64,000 bases of DNA, from contig SVEA01000031.1 in the NCBI GenBank assembly GCA_015057615.1, forward strand, positions 11,432-75,431. The letters run 5' to 3'. This DNA is from Lachnospiraceae bacterium (GTDB lineage: Bacteria; Bacillota; Clostridia; Lachnospirales; Lachnospiraceae). Below are positions 61,622 through 64,000 of this stretch, in pieces (position 1 is the stretch's first letter; each line of letters starts with the position of its first letter). The notes under the pieces were generated by a model. The model had not been told where the DNA came from. It worked only from the letters and a program-made list of their open reading frames with translations, and ran no database searches. The position numbers and the translations under genes were made by a program.

Positions 61622-62212
61622 ATGCTGACCTTTTTTCAGGTTTGCTTTTTTGTGGGAATAGGGTTGATTCTAATATCCTTTATTTTTGGAAATCTATTAG
61701 AAATCGTAGGTTTTGACGGATTGGATTTGGATTTTGCTATCTTTGGATTGAATCTTTTCCTTCCGCTTAATCCCACCTTACTGATGTTGTTTTCTGCTGC
61801 ATTCGGCGGAACGGGATGGATTCTTATTCTTATCTTTCCTACGATGGGTATGCTGCTTGTTTTTCTTATTTCCACAGTGGTTGGGATAGGGGCGGCAAGC
61901 TTCGTTAATATTCTTGTCCTCAAGCCATTAAAGAAGGCGCAGAATACCAGCACCCCAGCAAAAAATGAACTGGTCGGGGTTCAGGCAACCGTTTCGGAAA
62001 CCATCCTCGCCGGAGGTTTTGGAGAAATACGGTATGTCGTGAATGGCAATAGCTACACTTCCCCTGCAAAAGCGACGAACGGGGAAGAAATAAAGGCAGG
62101 GAAAGAGGTTGCAATCTGCTGGATCAAGAACCATGTCTTCTATGTAATCGGCTTGGATGAGAGGTTAGAGGAAACAGATTTTACAGATAGAAAGGGCTTT
62201 ACCAGGCTTTAA
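61622..62212 (+). CDS. NfeD-like membrane protein (flotillin partner, YuaF/YqiJ type)
   Basis: N-terminal TMs, then OB-fold LVGVQATV...GFGEI...I; directly upstream of flotillin. Confidence 0.85.
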   Translation: MLTFFQVCFFVGIGLILISFIFGNLLEIVGFDGLDLDFAIFGLNLFLPLNPTLLMLFSAAFGGTGWILILIFPTMGMLLVFLISTVVGIGAASFVNILVLKPLKKAQNTSTPAKNELVGVQATVSETILAGGFGEIRYVVNGNSYTSPAKATNGEEIKAGKEVAICWIKNHVFYVIGLDERLEETDFTDRKGFTRL

Positions 62213-62258
62213 TCCCATCTGTAAAGTTTGCATATAAATATCTTAAGGAGGAAGGATA

Positions 62259-63806
62259 ATGCAGGAAGCTATGATTATTGCGGGAGGTATCATTGGTGCC
62301 TTACTGCTGGTAATTCTAATTTTTATGACGATGTGGAAACGTGTTCCGCAGGATAAGGCATTGGTGGTTACCGGTCTGAAGAAGAGAGTGATTTCCGGTG
62401 GCGGTGGTTTTGTAATTCCATTACTGGAGCGAACCGATAAGATTTCATTGGAGAATATGAAGATCGAAGTTCGTACCGACGGTGCGATTACGGAGCAGGG
62501 GGTTGACATCCGGGCTGACGGGGTTGCTGTTATCAAGGTAAAAAGTGATATGGAGAGCATCCTGGACGCCGTGGAGCAGTTCAATACCGGGAAAGAGCTC
62601 ACGACCATTAATATCATTAAGGATACGGCGAAGGACGTATTAGAAGGCAAGCTTCGAGAAATTATATCCAAGATGACCGTGGAGGAAATCTATAAAGACC
62701 GTGAGAAATTTGCGTCGGAGGTACAGGAGGTAGCTGCGGTTGGATTGGCTACCATGGGTCTGGAACTAAAAGCCTTTACGATCCGTGACATATCGGATAA
62801 AAACGGTTATCTTGAAGCACTTGGTAAGCCAAGGATTGCGGAGGTCAAGAAGAATGCCGCGATTGCCGAGGCGGATGCGACGAAAGAAACCAAGGTAAAG
62901 GTTGCCGAGGCGGAGCAGCGTGGAGAGGAAGCAAAAATTATTGCCGACACGCATGTGGCGGAAGCGAATAAAGAGAAAGAATTAAAGCTGCAATCCTATC
63001 GGGAAGAGCAGGAAACCGCAAAAGCGCGTGCGGATGCTGCCTATGAAATCGAGAAAAATAAAGTGGCAAGAGAAGTTACGGAAACCGCCATGATGGTAGA
63101 GTTAACGAAGAAGGAAAAAGAAGCGGAGCTGCAGGATAAGGAAGCCATCCGTCATGAAAAAGAACTTCTTGCTACGGTGAATAAACGTGCGGATGCCGAT
63201 ATGTATCGGATTAGTAAGGAAGCCGATGCGAAAAAGTATGCGCAGCTTAAGGAGGTAGAAGCAGTCGGTTTGGCGATTAAAGCCAAGGCAGAGGCGGAAG
63301 CGGAATCCATTCGTATGAAGGGAGAAGCAGAGGCAGCCGCGATTCTTGCCAAAGGTGCTGCGGAAGCGAAAACCATGGAGCAAAAGGCTGCTGCATACAA
63401 GAACTATAACAATGCTGCGGTAACGCAGATGATTATAGAGAGACTGCCTGAGATTGCAGCTGCGATTGCGGAACCGCTATCGAAGACGGAGAAAATTGTT
63501 ATCATTGATAATGGCGGAACGAACGACGGGAAAGGTGCGGCTAAGGTTACGGAATACGTAACGGATATCGTAAGCCAGCTGCCCGAAACGATCGAAGCAG
63601 TAACTGGATATAATTTTGTCGGCGCAATTAAGGATAAGCTGGAAGAGAGTAATGTCAGGAAAGAAAGCAAGGCAGAGGAAGAGGAAAGTAAGGAAGCAAA
63701 AAATACGGAAGCAGAAAACACGGAAGAGAAAATCAAGGAAGAAAAACGTAAAGCAGCGGAAAACGGAGAAGAAACCACCAACTATCATGAAGTTGAGACA
63801 GAATAA
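62259..63806 (+). CDS. Flotillin / SPFH-domain protein
   Basis: N-terminal TM, SPFH (LEGKLREII, IYKDREKF), AEA-rich coiled coil, acidic tail. Confidence 0.93.
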   Translation: MQEAMIIAGGIIGALLLVILIFMTMWKRVPQDKALVVTGLKKRVISGGGGFVIPLLERTDKISLENMKIEVRTDGAITEQGVDIRADGVAVIKVKSDMESILDAVEQFNTGKELTTINIIKDTAKDVLEGKLREIISKMTVEEIYKDREKFASEVQEVAAVGLATMGLELKAFTIRDISDKNGYLEALGKPRIAEVKKNAAIAEADATKETKVKVAEAEQRGEEAKIIADTHVAEANKEKELKLQSYREEQETAKARADAAYEIEKNKVAREVTETAMMVELTKKEKEAELQDKEAIRHEKELLATVNKRADADMYRISKEADAKKYAQLKEVEAVGLAIKAKAEAEAESIRMKGEAEAAAILAKGAAEAKTMEQKAAAYKNYNNAAVTQMIIERLPEIAAAIAEPLSKTEKIVIIDNGGTNDGKGAAKVTEYVTDIVSQLPETIEAVTGYNFVGAIKDKLEESNVRKESKAEEEESKEAKNTEAENTEEKIKEEKRKAAENGEETTNYHEVETE

Positions 63807-63824
63807 CATATAAAGAGGCAAAAC

Positions 63825-63860
63825 AAAAGCAGCCTGATGGCAATTGCATCAGGTTGTTTT
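63825..63860 (+). terminator. Intrinsic terminator after flotillin
   Basis: AAAAGCAGCCTGATG / CATCAGGTTGTTTT. Confidence 0.7.
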
Positions 63861-63928
63861 CCGTGGTTAGGGTGATCTGCCCCCTTCCGTGAAAAGAGGG
63901 CAAAGACGCGCAGAAATGAGAGGAATGT

Positions 63929-64000
63929 ATGAGAAGGTATCAGTATATCGATAAAAATGGGACTTTTCGTTTGGAAAATCCGGAGCTAACCAGTTATCTT
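63929..64000 (+). CDS. N-terminus (24 aa) of a probable GH94 laminaribiose-phosphorylase-like enzyme, truncated by window end
   Basis: MRRYQYIDKNGTFRLENPELTSYL resembles the recalled Paenibacillus LBP start (G.FRLEQPE..SYLYFP); RBS GAGG. Confidence 0.55.
   Translation, partial: MRRYQYIDKNGTFRLENPELTSYL

Noticed and set aside
63870-63925. c-di-GMP-I riboswitch (GGGCAAA motif)
   Set aside because: Lacks the GNRA-capped P2 and the GACGCAAAG continuation.

Overview
64 kb from an AT-rich, spore-forming clostridial (Lachnospiraceae-like) chromosome. In order: the end of a pectin/galacturonide uptake operon (SBP, GH105, ABC permeases, GH28, sugar-phosphate isomerase); niaX with a consensus sigma-A promoter and a NiaR-like operator; an MFS transporter, ogg, SDR, thioesterase, fba and a GGDEF/EAL sensor; a self-contained AT-rich three-gene island (sce7726-family nuclease-like, sce7725/Beta-family, Zn-ribbon+RES protein) that is the best candidate for an uncharacterised defence system; tgt-yajC; spoVFAB with a sigma-K promoter; oppABCDF; a Wzy-type EPS/capsule locus ending in a Wzx flippase-LCP fusion; ridA, manA, hemerythrin; and a beta-1,3-glucan utilisation locus (LacI, GH161-like phosphorylase, GH5, GH30, GH2, NfeD-flotillin, start of a GH94 laminaribiose-phosphorylase-like gene) whose ABC transporter and GH16 survive only as C-terminal scars. 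The intergenic spaces hold at least four families of small non-coding repeats (MITE/REP-like). Two of them share a hairpin with compensatory base changes. I saw no rRNA, tRNA, CRISPR array or transposase. All family calls come from motif recognition by eye; no database search was run.
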